A program made the position numbers and the translations under genes. A stretch of 36,467 bases of DNA from a virus: the IMG/VR virus record IMGVR_UViG_3300020414_000004; one strand, given 5' to 3'. The notes beneath the pieces were generated by a model. The model saw only the letters and a list, made by a program, of their open reading frames with translations. It ran no database searches and was not told the DNA's origin. The stretch's first letter is position 1. Each line of letters starts with the position of its first letter. Below are positions 34,936 through 36,467 of the stretch, in pieces.

Positions 34936-35107
34936 CCTCAATCAACCCACCTTTCGCCTGGTACTTGTCATATAAAAAATCTAAATTTGTGATCACATAA
35001 TCATTATAGGTAATTGAGTCCTCTTGATAGGCCCGTCTTTCCCTATTGGCCTCTAGCCACATTAAATGGCAAAAAGATTTAAAAGATATTTCTAATTGAT
35101 CTGTCAT
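34928..35107 (-). CDS. 59-aa hypothetical early protein
   Basis: MTDQLEISFKSFCHLMWLEANRERRAYQEDSITYNDYVITNLDFLYDKYQAKGGLIEDD, just under the track cut-off. Confidence 0.5.
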   Translation of the reverse strand: MTDQLEISFKSFCHLMWLEANRERRAYQEDSITYNDYVITNLDFLYDKYQAKGGLIEDD

Positions 35108-35253
35108 TTACCCTGGCCTCTATATTTTTTAAATGAGCGTTTGCGGTTTTTATTCATTGTACTAAAGCCAATGTTGCCTAGACCTTGACTGGTCTTTTTT
35201 CCCCTGGATCCACAAACGCTCTGATGTTTGGTTTCTCTGTATTTATTAACCAT
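35104..35253 (-). CDS. 49-aa basic hypothetical protein
   Basis: MVNKYRETKHQSVCGSRGKKTSQGLGNIGFSTMNKNRKRSFKKYRGQGK. ATGA overlap downstream. No clear SD. Confidence 0.35.
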   Translation of the reverse strand: MVNKYRETKHQSVCGSRGKKTSQGLGNIGFSTMNKNRKRSFKKYRGQGK

Positions 35254-35265
35254 AGGAGTGCCGGG

Positions 35266-35532
35266 TCAAAATCGATGGGGGGGAGTTAGGGGAGTAAGAT
35301 CTTGCCCGACACCTTGTATTCTTGTTTCTAATTGGTAATGAATATATTTATTTATGGCCTGTAAAAGTCGCTCGGCTTCCGGCTTTATGTCTGTCTTATT
35401 ACCGGTTAATAAATATCTACTCATTTTTGCATAAATTTGCGGTAATGCCTGGGGGCCGTCATTTATAAACTCGTCTTTATGAGCCTCAAAAAAATCCTGG
35501 GCCAAGGCATTCAAGTCGCCTGTATTAACCAT
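35266..35532 (-). CDS. Hypothetical early protein
   Basis: SD aggagg before ATG 35532 (MVNTGDLNALAQDFF...). Confidence 0.6.
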   Translation of the reverse strand: MVNTGDLNALAQDFFEAHKDEFINDGPQALPQIYAKMSRYLLTGNKTDIKPEAERLLQAINKYIHYQLETRIQGVGQDLTPLTPPHRF

Positions 35533-35734
35533 AGTTTTCCTCCTGGATATTATGACCATTGAGTGTGTTGTGATTGACCTGGGCCCCTCTTTGCAACTCC
35601 TCGTGCTTTTGTCTTAACTCCAGGGCCTTATCTTTAAGCTCTTGCTCAAACTGTTTTGGGATCCACACAGTAGATCTAACCAAACCCTTTTCTTTGTTTC
35701 TTTGAGCATACCTCTCCTGGTTTTTATATTTCAC
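35525..35734 (-). CDS. Putative ribbon-helix-helix type DNA-binding regulator
   Basis: GTG start with SD aggagag. ERYAQRNKEKGLVRSTVWIPKQFEQELKDKALELRQ resembles RHH/copy-control regulators. Confidence 0.45.
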   Translation of the reverse strand: MKYKNQERYAQRNKEKGLVRSTVWIPKQFEQELKDKALELRQKHEELQRGAQVNHNTLNGHNIQEENYG

Positions 35735-35817
35735 AATTCTCTCCTGTAATGTTGGGGGGTGTTTTTAGAACTAAAATATTCCTATTCATAAAATAGTCGC
35801 TCAAATGGTCGTCCTAT

Positions 35818-35991
35818 TTAGTAGTCTATTATTTCTAAGTTATTCAATCGTTCTTTTTTAGTTCGGATTTTGGATATTTCTAAATCCCAAAGAACGGCCT
35901 TATTGGCCTCACGATCTATTCGTGTGATCAAACAGAAATAAGTAGTCCCTAATATTCTAACCTTTTGACCTGGTCTGAATGTTAGCTCCAC
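35818..35991 (-). CDS. 57-aa hypothetical early protein
   Basis: GTG start overlaps the stop of the upstream gene. Sequence: VELTFRPGQKVRILGTTYFCLITRIDREANKAVLWDLEISKIRTKKERLNNLEIIDY. Confidence 0.35.
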   Translation of the reverse strand: MELTFRPGQKVRILGTTYFCLITRIDREANKAVLWDLEISKIRTKKERLNNLEIIDY

Positions 35992-36176
35992 TCTCCTCTC
36001 GCTTTTTCGTGTAAATTAATTAGATACTTTTTTTGTACCAGGACATCATAACCAGACTCCTTAAGGCTCCTGGCTTTATCTTCGGCTAATTTTTCATCTC
36101 TAAATTGATTCCAAATGTAGCCGCCTAAATCTGGCATAAAATATCCAACCTTGTAAATTACTTGAGTATGTTCCAT
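35982..36176 (-). CDS. First gene of the leftward early operon, hypothetical
   Basis: Strong SD aaggagg before ATG 36176. 64 aa. Confidence 0.65.
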   Translation of the reverse strand: MEHTQVIYKVGYFMPDLGGYIWNQFRDEKLAEDKARSLKESGYDVLVQKKYLINLHEKARGEWS

Positions 36177-36312
36177 TTATAACCTCCTTAAGTAATGTAG
36201 TCGTATTATAACTGATATAGTACGACCACAACAAGTGTCCGGGCCTCGGACTGTTCACGGATTCTAAAATCACTTAAAATATATCGGATAATTTTTTTAT
36301 GGATGGAACACA
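36177..36312. promoter_or_regulatory. Divergent early control region
   Basis: 136-nt non-coding region between the leftward operon and the ParB-MTase gene. Contains the inverted repeat gtagtcgta-N15-tacgaccac (36197-36229). Confidence 0.45.
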
Positions 36313-36467
36313 ATGACAAACGCAGCACAAGAAATTAAAACTCTCCAGGTAAAGGATTTAATTCCTTACGCCAGGAACAGCAGAACGCACGACGACTACC
36401 AGGTAAACCAAATAGTAAGCTCGATAAAAGAGTTTGGCTTTACTAACCCTATCCTGGTAGATGACGA
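36313..36467 (+). CDS. 5' end of the ParB/Srx-like domain-DNA methyltransferase fusion gene (continues at nt 1 across the junction)
   Basis: ATG at 36313 gives MTNAAQEIKTLQVKDLIPYARNSRTHDDYQVNQIVSSIKEFGFTNPILVDD, in frame with nt 1 through the 77-nt overlap. Confidence 0.8.
   Translation, partial: MTNAAQEIKTLQVKDLIPYARNSRTHDDYQVNQIVSSIKEFGFTNPILVDD
36391..36467. repeat. Terminal duplicate (right copy)
   Basis: Identical to nt 1-77. Confidence 0.95.

Larger units (their letters stand above)
1..36467. mobile_element. Complete circularly closed temperate podovirus-like phage genome (unit length about 36,390 bp)
   Basis: First 77 nt are identical to the last 77 nt. Contiguous packaging, head, tail-fibre, lysis, integration and replication modules are present. 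No tape-measure, sheath or tail-tube genes were seen. Confidence 0.85.

Overview
The window is a complete, circularly closed genome of a temperate, short-tailed (podovirus-like) phage. The unit length is about 36,390 bp, because nt 1-77 are identical to nt 36391-36467. Plus-strand order: ParB-like/DNA methyltransferase fusion (crosses the circular junction), small terminase, a free-standing small nuclease, large terminase, portal, a run of tiny very basic ORFs, a lysis cassette (3TM holin, M15 peptidase endolysin, spanin-like protein), scaffold, DUF5309/HK97-type major capsid, adaptor, tail fibres (two proteins end in S74-type self-cleaving chaperone domains), an embedded accessory cassette with a Coq4-family protein, internal virion proteins, a small PD-(D/E)XK nuclease, a candidate attP carrying the 5' half of tRNA-Ser(GCU), a promoter-to-terminator moron unit, tyrosine integrase, Xis/AlpA-like HTH, a recombination module (Cas4-like DUF2800 nuclease, Sak4-like ATPase, SSB-like protein with a DDDDIPF tail), a Toprim primase fused to a RepA-like helicase, and an iteron-bearing candidate origin. 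A tightly overlapped leftward operon of at least 11 tiny genes occupies 34.2-36.2 kb. The most unusual signal is at the DNA level. The palindromes CCWGG, GGCC and GGATCC are each several-fold to more than 10-fold over-represented in an otherwise AT-rich (about 40% GC) genome. The enrichment is visibly built into synonymous codon choice, and it is absent from the major capsid gene and the distal tail-fibre genes. All functional calls come from motif recognition by eye and all counts are manual. No database search was possible.
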